Shown: positions 44,773-53,694 of the stretch, one piece after another | Numbering within the stretch: the stretch's first letter is position 1 | How the letters are laid out: every line of letters begins with the position of its first letter | Source of the DNA: an uncultured Actinomycetes bacterium | GTDB lineage: Bacteria; Actinomycetota; Thermoleophilia; RBG-16-64-13 | Length of the DNA: 64,000 nt | Direction of reading: 5' to 3' | NCBI GenBank assembly: GCA_937148845.1 | Contig: CAKZRW010000066.1 | Span: forward strand, 92-64,091 | Notes under the pieces: model-generated | Seen by the model: the letters and a program-made list of their open reading frames with translations, nothing else | What the model was told of the DNA's origin: nothing | The model's database searches: none | Translations under genes and position numbers: made by a program

Positions 44773-46644
44773 ATGGACATATCGGATATACCCACAGTGA
44801 CGCTCTCAAGCCCCTCTCTGGACAGGCGCGACCTCGAGCGCAAGTCCTCGGCGGTGACGCTGTCCGACATGGAGGTCTTCATCTTCCCCGAGCTCATGTA
44901 CAGCTTGGTGCTGGCCAACCTCATGTCGCCCCGCATCTGGAAGTGGCGCGATGACCCTTGGTTCGCCGACAATGCCAAGCTCACCCCGTACCGCCGCATC
45001 CTGCGGGTCAAGCAGTACATCATGGACAACTACGCTTTCAACCTCGACCTCGACACCTGGGGACTTACCCGCAAAGAGGTGGAGATCGCCCGATTCCGTG
45101 ACTGGGTGAGCGAAGAAGCCCTGGCCCAGTCGAATGCCCTGTTCGGTTACGAGGGCGACAAGTACTACTTCGACCTGGACATCCGTACCCACTTCGGCCT
45201 CGACAAATACGACAGCGAGGTCATCCCCTACTGGAAGACAGAGACCGTCGAGGCCATGGACGCGTTCCGCTACAAGCCCAACTACGAGTCGGGAGCCGGG
45301 GAATGCGTCTCTCTGGCCGCCTTGTATGCAGCCGCGCTTTTCATCGTCGCCAAGATCCCCCTGCGAGACATCTTTCTCATGGCTACGCCGCTTCACTCCC
45401 AAAACTTCGTGGACGTCGGTCAAGGTATCCTCACTAACAACCGACGGCTGGTGACCAAGAACATGTGGTTCAACGGCACCGCCCTTTCGGCGCAGGCCCG
45501 CCGGGCTTTGGAGAACGAGCGCGTGACCATCGTCGCCCACGAGTCGGGTTTCATCCACATCCTTTTCGAACGGGCCACCATCGACCCTCAGGCTTACGAC
45601 CGTTTCTCGACCAAGCTCCGCCGCTTTCTGCAGACGCCCCTCACCCCCGAGCTCTTGGGCAACTTCGTGCGGCACAGCGCCGATCTGCAGAAATGCTTCC
45701 AGGCTCGCTGGACTAACTTCGGGGTCGACCGCTACATCGCCATGGAGAAGCTCATGGCCTACGAGCGGGATTTTCCTTACCGCTTCAATGACGAGACACG
45801 GGAGCGGCTCTTCCGAGAAGTGGCAGGAGAAGACTTCGAATCGCGTCCGCTGCCTGACCGCATAATCATCAACGACTTGGAGCAGATGGTCGCCGAGCAA
45901 CAGGTGGACGTACGCACCGAAGAGGGTTTTCGCTTGCTGGTAGAGCAGCTAGCGCCCTCTTGCCCTCAGGCCCAGGACGCCATCGAGCGGCTGCGCAGGT
46001 TCTGCTGGACCGAGCCGCGTCTGCCGGATCCTTCCACTAAGACCTTCGACCGTACCCAGGCTCCGCTGGGTCTGGAAGTAGGCATGGAGCGAGGCGACAT
46101 CATCGCCCGACTCGAGTCCATACGCGGTCAGAACGAGACGGCTGAGCTCGCCTTCTATGCCTACCGAGACCTCACTCGGACCGCCGTGGAGCCGTTCCTC
46201 AAAGCAGCCTTGGAGCGCTGCCCGGTCTCTGTCGCCGGGAGCGCCGACCTGACCGACGAGGCGGTCCTAGACCTCCTGGAAACCTTCGCCGCGGAGTCCA
46301 TCTACGACGAGCCCGGTCGTTTGGCCCAGCCGGACGAAGTCTGGAACTACCGGCGCGGAGACGGCCTGGAGAAAGCCCTGCTCCTCGCCAACATCCTCCG
46401 CAATCGCCATCCGGACAGGCCTATCAGCATCGAAGTGGAACCCCAGCAGGCTATCCTGCGGGCAGGGAACCTCATCATCACCTACCCTACAAGCAAGGCT
46501 CTGCGTCCCCAACGCTGGGAGTGCGGCGCTCAAGCTAGCGGGGGCTCCAGTGGGGGCGCCGGTCAAGCCAGCCCCGCGCCGGTCTCCGCCGGCCCTACTT
46601 CTGGCCGAACGGCTGAGCCTCGGGGCCGGGCTCGCTCCCGATGA
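44773..46644 (+). CDS. Large (~620 aa) uncharacterised protein with a transglutaminase/papain-like core
   Basis: GAGECVSLAALYAAALFIVAKIPLRD...PLHSQNFVDV resembles the Cys-His-Asp core of transglutaminase-like proteins. A second, Cys-less copy of the motif lies near the C-terminus (GDGLEKALLLANILRN). Confidence 0.55.
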   Translation: MDISDIPTVTLSSPSLDRRDLERKSSAVTLSDMEVFIFPELMYSLVLANLMSPRIWKWRDDPWFADNAKLTPYRRILRVKQYIMDNYAFNLDLDTWGLTRKEVEIARFRDWVSEEALAQSNALFGYEGDKYYFDLDIRTHFGLDKYDSEVIPYWKTETVEAMDAFRYKPNYESGAGECVSLAALYAAALFIVAKIPLRDIFLMATPLHSQNFVDVGQGILTNNRRLVTKNMWFNGTALSAQARRALENERVTIVAHESGFIHILFERATIDPQAYDRFSTKLRRFLQTPLTPELLGNFVRHSADLQKCFQARWTNFGVDRYIAMEKLMAYERDFPYRFNDETRERLFREVAGEDFESRPLPDRIIINDLEQMVAEQQVDVRTEEGFRLLVEQLAPSCPQAQDAIERLRRFCWTEPRLPDPSTKTFDRTQAPLGLEVGMERGDIIARLESIRGQNETAELAFYAYRDLTRTAVEPFLKAALERCPVSVAGSADLTDEAVLDLLETFAAESIYDEPGRLAQPDEVWNYRRGDGLEKALLLANILRNRHPDRPISIEVEPQQAILRAGNLIITYPTSKALRPQRWECGAQASGGSSGGAGQASPAPVSAGPTSGRTAEPRGRARSR

Positions 46645-47983
46645 CCGCCCTGACCACGTCCGCGATGTGGGCGGCGATCCGTTCAGTGTCCTCGGGGGTA
46701 GGGCCTTCGACCATGACTCGGCAGAGATTCTCCGTGCCCGAGTAGCGGACCAGGACCCTGCCTTCCTCCCCCAGCTCTGCTTCAGCCTCAGCGATGGCTG
46801 CCTGCACGGCCGGCAGGCCCTTGAGGTCCGGCTTCTCCCTCACCGGTACATTGAGCAAGCGCTGCGGGAACACCTCCATGAGATCGGCCAGTTCCGACAG
46901 AGGCTTCCCCGCTTTGAGCATGGCGCTCAACAGTTGCAGCGCGGTCAAGATGCCATCCCCGGTCGAGTGGTGCTCCAGAAAGATGGCATGACCGGAATCC
47001 TCTCCACCTAAGACGCTGCCCAGCCGCAGCATGGCCTCGAGGACGTTACGGTCACCGACCTGGGCTTGGTGCAACTCCAACCCGTATTTCCTGCAGGCCA
47101 GCCGCAAGCCCAGATTGCTCATCACTGTCGACACGACGAGATCGCGAGCCAGTCTGCCTTCGGCCTTGAGCATCAGGGCACAGATGAGAAGAATCTGATC
47201 GCCGGTGACTACTCTGCCTTTTTCGTCCACCGCGATCAGCCGGTCACCGTCGCCGTCGAACGCCAGCCCAACCTGCGCCTTCTGGGCCAATACCTCTTGT
47301 CTCAAGTCTTCCGTATGCTGAGAGCCGCAGCGGTGATTGATGTTGAGCCCGTTCGGCGTGTTGTGGATGACAATGACCTCCGCACCCAGTTCGGCCAGAG
47401 TGGCAGGAGCTACTCGGTAGGTGGCCCCGTTCGCCACGTCGAGGACTACTTTGACTCCCTCCAAGCTCAAGGACTCAGGGAAGGTCTCCTTCAGGAAGAC
47501 GACATAGCGGCCGGGCGCATCTTCCAGCCGCCGAGCATGCCCCATCTCCCGCGCAGGGGGAAGCAACTTGGTCAGACCGCCCTCCAAGACCAGCTCCTCC
47601 ACCGCCGCCTCTTGCTCATCGGAGAGCTTGTAGCCACTGCCGGCGAACACTTTGATCCCGTTATCTTGGTAAGGGTTGTGAGAGGCCGAGATCACGATAC
47701 CGGCGTCAGCCCGCATACTACGGGTAAGAAAAGCAATGCCGGGAGTGGGCATGACCCCGACCAGGAAGGGCTCGCCCCCCATCGAGGTGATGCCGGCCTC
47801 CAAAGCGCTCTCCAGCATATAGCCAGAGATGCGCGTGTCCTTGCCGATGATGATCCTGGTGACGTGCCCCGGCCGGCGCAACACGTGCGTCACTGCCTGA
47901 CCCACGGCGAGCGCCGTAGCCGGATCCATAGGGGGCCGGTTAGCTTCCCCCCGTATACCGTCGGTGCCGAAGAGTCTAACCAT
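46595..47983 (-). CDS. glmM: Phosphoglucosamine mutase
   Basis: LFGTDGIRG, SASHNP (phosphoserine loop) and GDGDR motifs. The ATG at 47983 follows GAGGAGG. Confidence 0.93.
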   Translation of the reverse strand: MVRLFGTDGIRGEANRPPMDPATALAVGQAVTHVLRRPGHVTRIIIGKDTRISGYMLESALEAGITSMGGEPFLVGVMPTPGIAFLTRSMRADAGIVISASHNPYQDNGIKVFAGSGYKLSDEQEAAVEELVLEGGLTKLLPPAREMGHARRLEDAPGRYVVFLKETFPESLSLEGVKVVLDVANGATYRVAPATLAELGAEVIVIHNTPNGLNINHRCGSQHTEDLRQEVLAQKAQVGLAFDGDGDRLIAVDEKGRVVTGDQILLICALMLKAEGRLARDLVVSTVMSNLGLRLACRKYGLELHQAQVGDRNVLEAMLRLGSVLGGEDSGHAIFLEHHSTGDGILTALQLLSAMLKAGKPLSELADLMEVFPQRLLNVPVREKPDLKGLPAVQAAIAEAEAELGEEGRVLVRYSGTENLCRVMVEGPTPEDTERIAAHIADVVRAVIGSEPGPEAQPFGQK

Positions 47984-47999
47984 CCTCCTCTTCCTCTTA

Positions 48000-49205
48000 C
48001 TAGCGGGGCGCACAGGAGGGCACTAGCGCAAACGCCCCCCCCACCAATGTGTCCACTATGTCCTGAAGCCAGGCGACGCCCGCCCTCTTGGTGTCGGGGT
48101 CGAGCGCGCGTATTGTAGCCACATAACCCGCGGGGGAATCGCTGGCAGCCGCGCGGAAGCGCGCCAAGAAAGCGTCCCCACGCGGCAGGTCTTGCTTGGA
48201 GTCGAACATGGCACAGAGGGCATCAACCCGTTCCCGGAACTCTCGCCCCGCGGGCAGGCCTTGCGGAACCTTGGCCGCCAGGGCCTTGAGCCGGGCTGCC
48301 CGCTCCTCTTTGGCCTTGGCCAGAACGGCGAGCGCACCTTCCCACACCAGCTCCCCCAGCGGTTGCCGGGTAAAGAAGGGCCTGCGCACCTCCTCGTACC
48401 AGAGTTCGAGCGCGGTCAGATTGGCCAGATAGGTTAGATTGTTGCGCACCAGGCGGGGCAGGTTGCCATAAGCATAGGGGCTACGGCGCCTCCTCAACTG
48501 TCTGTAGGGCCCCACTACCACCAGCTGCCCACCTTCAAGAACGTCGTCGCGGAGAATCGACCCCGCTGCGAGCACCGTCCCATATTCCACCCGGACCGGC
48601 CCTACGGCTCCCCCTTGACCGCCCAAGAAGATGGGCGGCTGATCCAGCATCACGCCTCGCGGTACGTCGCCGAAAAGCGAAGGCGTCGTCTTGTCGCCGT
48701 CAGGAGTGAAGTTGAAATGGATGAACGAACTCCCCACCTCGCTGTGATCTGCCCTGCTCGTCCCTCCGGCCAAGAGACAGTCGCAGAAGTTGATCAAGCT
48801 GCCCAGAGTGGCGAACGGGAAGAGGATGGTCTGCTTGAGACCCACGCAGTGGGCACCGCTAGCTTCCTCTTCCAAGAGACAGGCTTCCCGCACCTGGGCC
48901 CCCGACCCCATCTTGGCCTTCTCCAGGAACACCGACTCCTTGAAATACCCGCCCCGCAACTCCACTGCAGGGCCGAGTTGGCAGTCGACCACGGTCACGG
49001 GCGCTTCTGCCCCCAGCTCGACCCCGGGAGAGATGACCGTCCGCGAGCCGTAAAGACGGCAACCGGGATAGATGACCACTCCCTCGGTCGCGATGCGGTC
49101 GAGGTCCACCTCTTCGCCGATGTCGATACTGAGCGGGTTGGGGATAAAGACGCCGCGCTCCTGGAGGAGCGCTATCTTCTGCCATCCTCTAGGGGTGAGC
49201 TCCAT
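48000..49205 (-). CDS. Left-handed beta-helix (hexapeptide-repeat) protein, GlmU C-terminal-like, plus a helical C-terminal domain
   Basis: Repeated [LIV]-G-x-x-x-x periodicity over ~250 aa. No nucleotidyltransferase domain. Lies directly upstream of glmM. Confidence 0.6.
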   Translation of the reverse strand: MELTPRGWQKIALLQERGVFIPNPLSIDIGEEVDLDRIATEGVVIYPGCRLYGSRTVISPGVELGAEAPVTVVDCQLGPAVELRGGYFKESVFLEKAKMGSGAQVREACLLEEEASGAHCVGLKQTILFPFATLGSLINFCDCLLAGGTSRADHSEVGSSFIHFNFTPDGDKTTPSLFGDVPRGVMLDQPPIFLGGQGGAVGPVRVEYGTVLAAGSILRDDVLEGGQLVVVGPYRQLRRRRSPYAYGNLPRLVRNNLTYLANLTALELWYEEVRRPFFTRQPLGELVWEGALAVLAKAKEERAARLKALAAKVPQGLPAGREFRERVDALCAMFDSKQDLPRGDAFLARFRAAASDSPAGYVATIRALDPDTKRAGVAWLQDIVDTLVGGAFALVPSCAPR

Positions 49206-49269
49206 GCCCGCAAGGGTCGCCCAGAGCCGAGGGATTGTCAAGAGAACTTGCTCAGCAGGCCGAACCCGC

Positions 49270-51282
49270 TCACGAGGCCTCGACCAGGGCTTCCACGAAC
49301 TGACTGTAGTAAAGGTCATGGTAGAAGCCACCCCGGGCCAGCAGCTCCTCATGGGTGCCTTGCTCCACTATGGCCCCCTGGTTCATGACCAGGATGAGGT
49401 CGGCTCCCCGAATAGTCGACAGCCGGTGGGCGATCACGAAGCTGGTCCTTCCCCGCAGCAACCGTGCCATGGCCCGCTGGATGAGCACTTCGGTCCGGGT
49501 GTCCACCGAGCTGGTCGCCTCGTCCAAGATGAGGATCTCAGGATCGGCCAGGAAGGCCCGGGCGATGGTGAGCAGCTGACGCTCCCCTTGCGAGATGTTG
49601 GCAGAGTCATCGTCCAAACGGGTGTCGTAGCCCTGGGGCAGGGTCTGCACGAAATGATGCACGTGGGCGGCTTCGGCCGCGGCTATTATCTCCTCCTCGG
49701 TCGCATCCTCCCGACCATAGGCGATGTTCTCGCGGATAGTGCCGGAGAAGAGCCAAGCATCTTGGAGAACCATGCCGAACAGCCGGCGGAGGTCCTCCCG
49801 ACCCAGCGAACGCGTGTCCACCCCATCGATGAGGATGGTGCCCCGGTCGACTTCGTAGAAACGCATCAGCAGGTTGACCAGGGTGGTCTTGCCGGCACCG
49901 GTAGGTCCCACGATGGCACAGGTCTGCCCGGGCTTGACCTCGAAGCTGAGGTCCTCCATGAGCGGCACATCCGGCAGATAGCGGAAGGAGACGTTCCGGA
50001 ACTCGATGTGGCCCCGCACCTGTTTCATCACTACCGGTCGCGCAGGGTCGGCCTCTTCTTCCTCTTCGTCCAGCAATTCGAAGACCCGCTCCGCCGAGGC
50101 CACCGCGGACTGGAGCACGTTGGCCATGCTCGCTGTCTGGGTTATCGGCTGGGTGAACATCTGGGAATACTGGATGAAGGCTTGGACCTCACCGAGCGGC
50201 AAAGCCCCGGTGGCCACTCGGAGGCCCCCCACCACAGCGATCGCCACGTACTGCAGGTTACCGACAAACATCATCATGGGCATGATGATCCCGGAGATGA
50301 ACTGGGCCTTGAAGCTGGCCCGGTAGAGCCGCTCGTTTTCCTCGTCGAAGCGAGCGATGGCTTCTTGCTGGCGGCCGAAGATCTTGACTATGGTGTGACC
50401 GGTGAAGGTCTCTTCCACATGACCGGTCAGCGTGCCGGTGTGCTCCCACTGCAACGCGAACTGCTTCTGAGACCGTTTAGCGATGGCGATGGTTATCGCG
50501 ACCGAAAGAGGCACTGTGACCAGGCAGATGACAGCCAAGAGGGGACTGATCCAGAACATCATCCCCAGGACCCCGAGCAGCATCATGACTGCGCGTAGGA
50601 TCTCGTTCAGGGTCTGCTGCATGGTCTGCTGGATGTTCTCGATGTCGTTGGTGACGCGGCTGAGGATGTCCCCGCGGGCGTGACCGTCAAAGTACTTGAG
50701 AGGCAGCCGAGCGAGTTTGGCGTGGACATCTTCCCGGAGTTTGTAGACGGTGCGGGCTACCACTCCCGCCATCAAGTAGCCTTGCAGCCAGCCGAACAAG
50801 GCACTGAGCAGATAGATGGCGGTCACAATGAGCAAGACCCGTCCCACGGCCCCGAAGTCCACTCCCTGGCCTGGCACGATGCCCTTCATTGCTGCGAGCA
50901 TGTCAGCCAGGTTGTCCTGGCCGGCGGCTCGCAGGCCAGCTACCACCTGCTCCACGGACATGCCGGAAGGAAGCTTGGCCCCGATGACTCCGCTGAAGAT
51001 CAGATTCGTGGCCCGGGCCAGAATCTTGGGAGCGGCCACTGTACAGCCGACACTGACCACGGTTAGTAGTACGATGAACAAGATCATGGGGCGCTCCGGC
51101 CGCAATCTGCGCACCAAGCGCTTGAAGGAGCCTCTGAAGTCCTTGGCCCGCTGTCCCGAACCGATCAACCCCGGCGGGCCGTAGCCGGGACCCTGGGGCG
51201 GGCCGCCCCGCCTTCCCCCTAGGGGCAGGCCGGGACCGGCGGGGCGGCCCGCCCCGTCACCACCATGCTCTCGCGCGCTCAA
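49270..51282 (-). CDS. ABC exporter, fused permease/ATPase (heterodimer subunit)
   Basis: Six TM helices, Walker A GPTGAGKTT and Walker B ILILDEATS. Gly/Pro-rich N-terminal extension. Confidence 0.9.
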   Translation of the reverse strand: MSAREHGGDGAGRPAGPGLPLGGRRGGPPQGPGYGPPGLIGSGQRAKDFRGSFKRLVRRLRPERPMILFIVLLTVVSVGCTVAAPKILARATNLIFSGVIGAKLPSGMSVEQVVAGLRAAGQDNLADMLAAMKGIVPGQGVDFGAVGRVLLIVTAIYLLSALFGWLQGYLMAGVVARTVYKLREDVHAKLARLPLKYFDGHARGDILSRVTNDIENIQQTMQQTLNEILRAVMMLLGVLGMMFWISPLLAVICLVTVPLSVAITIAIAKRSQKQFALQWEHTGTLTGHVEETFTGHTIVKIFGRQQEAIARFDEENERLYRASFKAQFISGIIMPMMMFVGNLQYVAIAVVGGLRVATGALPLGEVQAFIQYSQMFTQPITQTASMANVLQSAVASAERVFELLDEEEEEADPARPVVMKQVRGHIEFRNVSFRYLPDVPLMEDLSFEVKPGQTCAIVGPTGAGKTTLVNLLMRFYEVDRGTILIDGVDTRSLGREDLRRLFGMVLQDAWLFSGTIRENIAYGREDATEEEIIAAAEAAHVHHFVQTLPQGYDTRLDDDSANISQGERQLLTIARAFLADPEILILDEATSSVDTRTEVLIQRAMARLLRGRTSFVIAHRLSTIRGADLILVMNQGAIVEQGTHEELLARGGFYHDLYYSQFVEALVEAS

Positions 51283-53021
51283 GCGACCTCCTCCTCAGTG
51301 AGCTGGGAGTAGACGATCTCCCGGTAGGTCTCGCACCGGTCTATCAAGTCTTCATGCCGGCCCAGACCGCATATGCGGCCTTCTTCCAGCACCACTATCT
51401 GGTCGGCGTGCAAGATGGTGCTCACCCTTTGGGCTACCACGATAACCGTGGCGTTTCGAGTCTCCTCGCGCAGAGCGGCCCGTAGCAAAGAGTCGGTCTT
51501 GAGATCGAGGGCAGAGAAGCTGTCGTCAAACACATAGATGTCAGGCCGCTTCACCAAAGCCCGCGCTATGGCTAGTCGCTGGCGCTGGCCTCCCGACACA
51601 TTCTGGCCGCCCTGCATGATCGGTTCCTCCAGTCGGCCGGGCATAGCCCGCACGAAGTCCTCCGCCTGCGCCACCCGCAAAGCGTGCCAAAGCTCCTCGT
51701 CGCTGGCCTCGGGCTTGCCGAAGCGAAGGTTGCTCGCCACCGTGCCCGAGAATAGGAAAGCTCTCTGGGGAACGAAGCCGATACGTCGCCAGAGCTCAGC
51801 TCGAGTCATATCCCTGATGTCATGCCCATCGATCAATATGCGCCCCGCAGTCACATCGTTCAGACGCGGTATGAGACTGATCAGGGTCGACTTGCCACTT
51901 CCGGTACTACCCACGATGGCGGTGGTCTCCCCCGGGCGGGCTGTGAAGGTGACCTGACTGAGCACGGGCTCTTTGGCCCCCGGGTAACGGAATTCCACTT
52001 CCTCAAACTGCACCAGCCCACGCGGGCCCGCCTCCCGCCGCACCACGGTGATCGGCCGGAGAGCCTCACGGATGGCGGGCTCGACGTCCAGCACCTCTTG
52101 GATCCGCCCGGCTGAGGCAGCCGCCCGGGGGACCATGGCCGCCAACATGGTGGTCATCAGGACGGAGAACAGGATCTGCATCACATAGGCAATGAAGGCA
52201 AACAGGTTACCGATCGGCATCTGACCGCTGTCGACTCGCATGCCTCCGAACCACATAATGCCTACGGTCGACAGGTTGACTATCGAGAACAGGACCGGGA
52301 AAAGCACGGCGAAAAGCCGGAAGACACGCAGAGTAGTGTCCGTGAGCTCGGCGTTCGCCTGCGCAAAGCGACGGCGCTCGTAGTCGGTCCGAGCAAAGGC
52401 CCGGATGACGCGGACACCGCTCAGGTTCTCCCGCATGATCTGGTTGATGCGGTCGATACGGGCTTGGATAGTGCGAAAAAGCGGGATGGCCTGCCGCAGG
52501 ATGAGTAGCAGGAACACCAGCATGATTGGAACGATGATGGCCAGCGACAATGACAGCGGGCGGTCTTGCCGCAGAGCCATGATGATCCCGCCGATGGCCA
52601 TCATAGGCGAGAACAACATAAGGGAAAGCCCCACAGCAAGGAACATCTGGACTTGCTGCACATCGTTGGTGTTGCGCGTGATGAGGGAGGGAGTGCCGAA
52701 GCGGCCCATCTCGCTCTGCGAAAGGCTCTGCACCTTGCGGTAGAGGTCGCCGCGGACAGCCCGTCCCAGGCCCATCGCCACCCGCGCAGAGTTATACACA
52801 GCGGCGATAGTCAGGGTGATGACGACCAGCGCCACGGCCAACATTATCCCGCCTGTGCGCAGAATGTAGCCGGTGTCGCCCTGGGCCACCCCGTTATTGA
52901 TGATGTGGGCATTAAGCGTCGGTAGATAAAGGTTACCGATGGCCTGGCCCAGCACCAGCATGACAACCAGAGCGATGCGTAGCCGAAAAGGACGTAGGTA
53001 GGTAGCGAACAACCGCCTCAC
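51279..53021 (-). CDS. ABC exporter, fused permease/ATPase (heterodimer subunit)
   Basis: Six TM helices, GSTGSGKST, VSGGQRQRLAIARAL and IYVFDDSFSALD motifs. Overlaps both neighbours (ATGA-type junctions). Confidence 0.9.
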   Translation of the reverse strand: MRRLFATYLRPFRLRIALVVMLVLGQAIGNLYLPTLNAHIINNGVAQGDTGYILRTGGIMLAVALVVITLTIAAVYNSARVAMGLGRAVRGDLYRKVQSLSQSEMGRFGTPSLITRNTNDVQQVQMFLAVGLSLMLFSPMMAIGGIIMALRQDRPLSLSLAIIVPIMLVFLLLILRQAIPLFRTIQARIDRINQIMRENLSGVRVIRAFARTDYERRRFAQANAELTDTTLRVFRLFAVLFPVLFSIVNLSTVGIMWFGGMRVDSGQMPIGNLFAFIAYVMQILFSVLMTTMLAAMVPRAAASAGRIQEVLDVEPAIREALRPITVVRREAGPRGLVQFEEVEFRYPGAKEPVLSQVTFTARPGETTAIVGSTGSGKSTLISLIPRLNDVTAGRILIDGHDIRDMTRAELWRRIGFVPQRAFLFSGTVASNLRFGKPEASDEELWHALRVAQAEDFVRAMPGRLEEPIMQGGQNVSGGQRQRLAIARALVKRPDIYVFDDSFSALDLKTDSLLRAALREETRNATVIVVAQRVSTILHADQIVVLEEGRICGLGRHEDLIDRCETYREIVYSQLTEEEVA

Positions 53022-53620
53022 CGCGCCGACCTCGCTTGCTCGTCCTCGGGACCGCGCAGCCGTTCTTCGATCCGTAGGGCAAGAGCTTCTAGGAGCCTGG
53101 CCAGCTCACACTTGTCGTCGTCGCTCAAAGACCCTACCGTGGAGTTCACGTACTCCTCGAAAGCCGCCCGGTTTGCTTCCTCTTGCCGCCGTCCCTCGGG
53201 AGTCAAGTAGACCCTGGTCACCCTCTGATCATTCGGATCTGCCAACCTTCGCACCGCCCCCACTTTCTCCAGGCCTTGCAGCAGACTGGTGATGCGGGGA
53301 CGGGAAAGATGGAGAATCTCGGCCAGATCCCGCTGACTCATGCCGTCGTTTTCTGCCAAGAGACGAAGAGCGAACACAGCGCTATGGTCGAGGCCGGTGC
53401 GCCGGAGTCCCATGAGGATCGCCTGGCGGTGCAGATGGAAGACCCGCCCAAAAGCTTCGAAGGCCCGCTGGGTCAGAGCATCGACAGCGTGGAAAGCGGG
53501 CTTGGGAAGCTTCCCCCCCGCACAATGTGGTGGCCTTGCCTTCGTCTGTTCCCTCCGGAAACCGCTGCTGGCCTGTTGCTCCCCGGACCAGTCAGCGCAT
53601 CGCCAATCAGTTTTGCGCAA
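53018..53620 (-). CDS. MarR family transcriptional regulator
   Basis: GLDHSAVFALRLLAENDGMSQRDLAEILHLSRPRITSLLQGLEKVGAVRR..DP.DQRV winged helix. The start is uncertain: TTG 53620, GTG 53716 or TTG 53728. Confidence 0.75.
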   Translation of the reverse strand: MRKTDWRCADWSGEQQASSGFRREQTKARPPHCAGGKLPKPAFHAVDALTQRAFEAFGRVFHLHRQAILMGLRRTGLDHSAVFALRLLAENDGMSQRDLAEILHLSRPRITSLLQGLEKVGAVRRLADPNDQRVTRVYLTPEGRRQEEANRAAFEEYVNSTVGSLSDDDKCELARLLEALALRIEERLRGPEDEQARSAR

Positions 53621-53623
53621 AAC
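53610..53623. promoter_or_regulatory. Candidate MarR operator palindrome
   Basis: GTTTTGCGCAAAAC, a 14-bp perfect palindrome in the divergent region. It overlaps the candidate TTG start. Confidence 0.4.
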
Positions 53624-53694
53624 AGTTTCCCATGGAACTATTTTTGCGTCAAGACAGGATGCCCTGAGGAGAGGGGTACCCCTGCGGGTGTAGA

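Noticed and set aside
43605-45900. Long antisense ORFs (43605..45029 at 474 aa; 44806..45900 at 364 aa) opposite gabT and the transglutaminase-like gene
   Set aside because: The translations are Arg/Gly/Pro/His-rich with no recognisable motifs, whereas the sense-strand products have clear homology. Long antisense frames are expected in high-GC3 DNA.
47066-48118. 350-aa ORF antisense to glmM
   Set aside because: No homology features. glmM on the other strand is unambiguous.
49072-50598. 508-aa ORF antisense to the ABC exporter
   Set aside because: Same reasoning. It is low-complexity and lies opposite an unambiguous ABC transporter.
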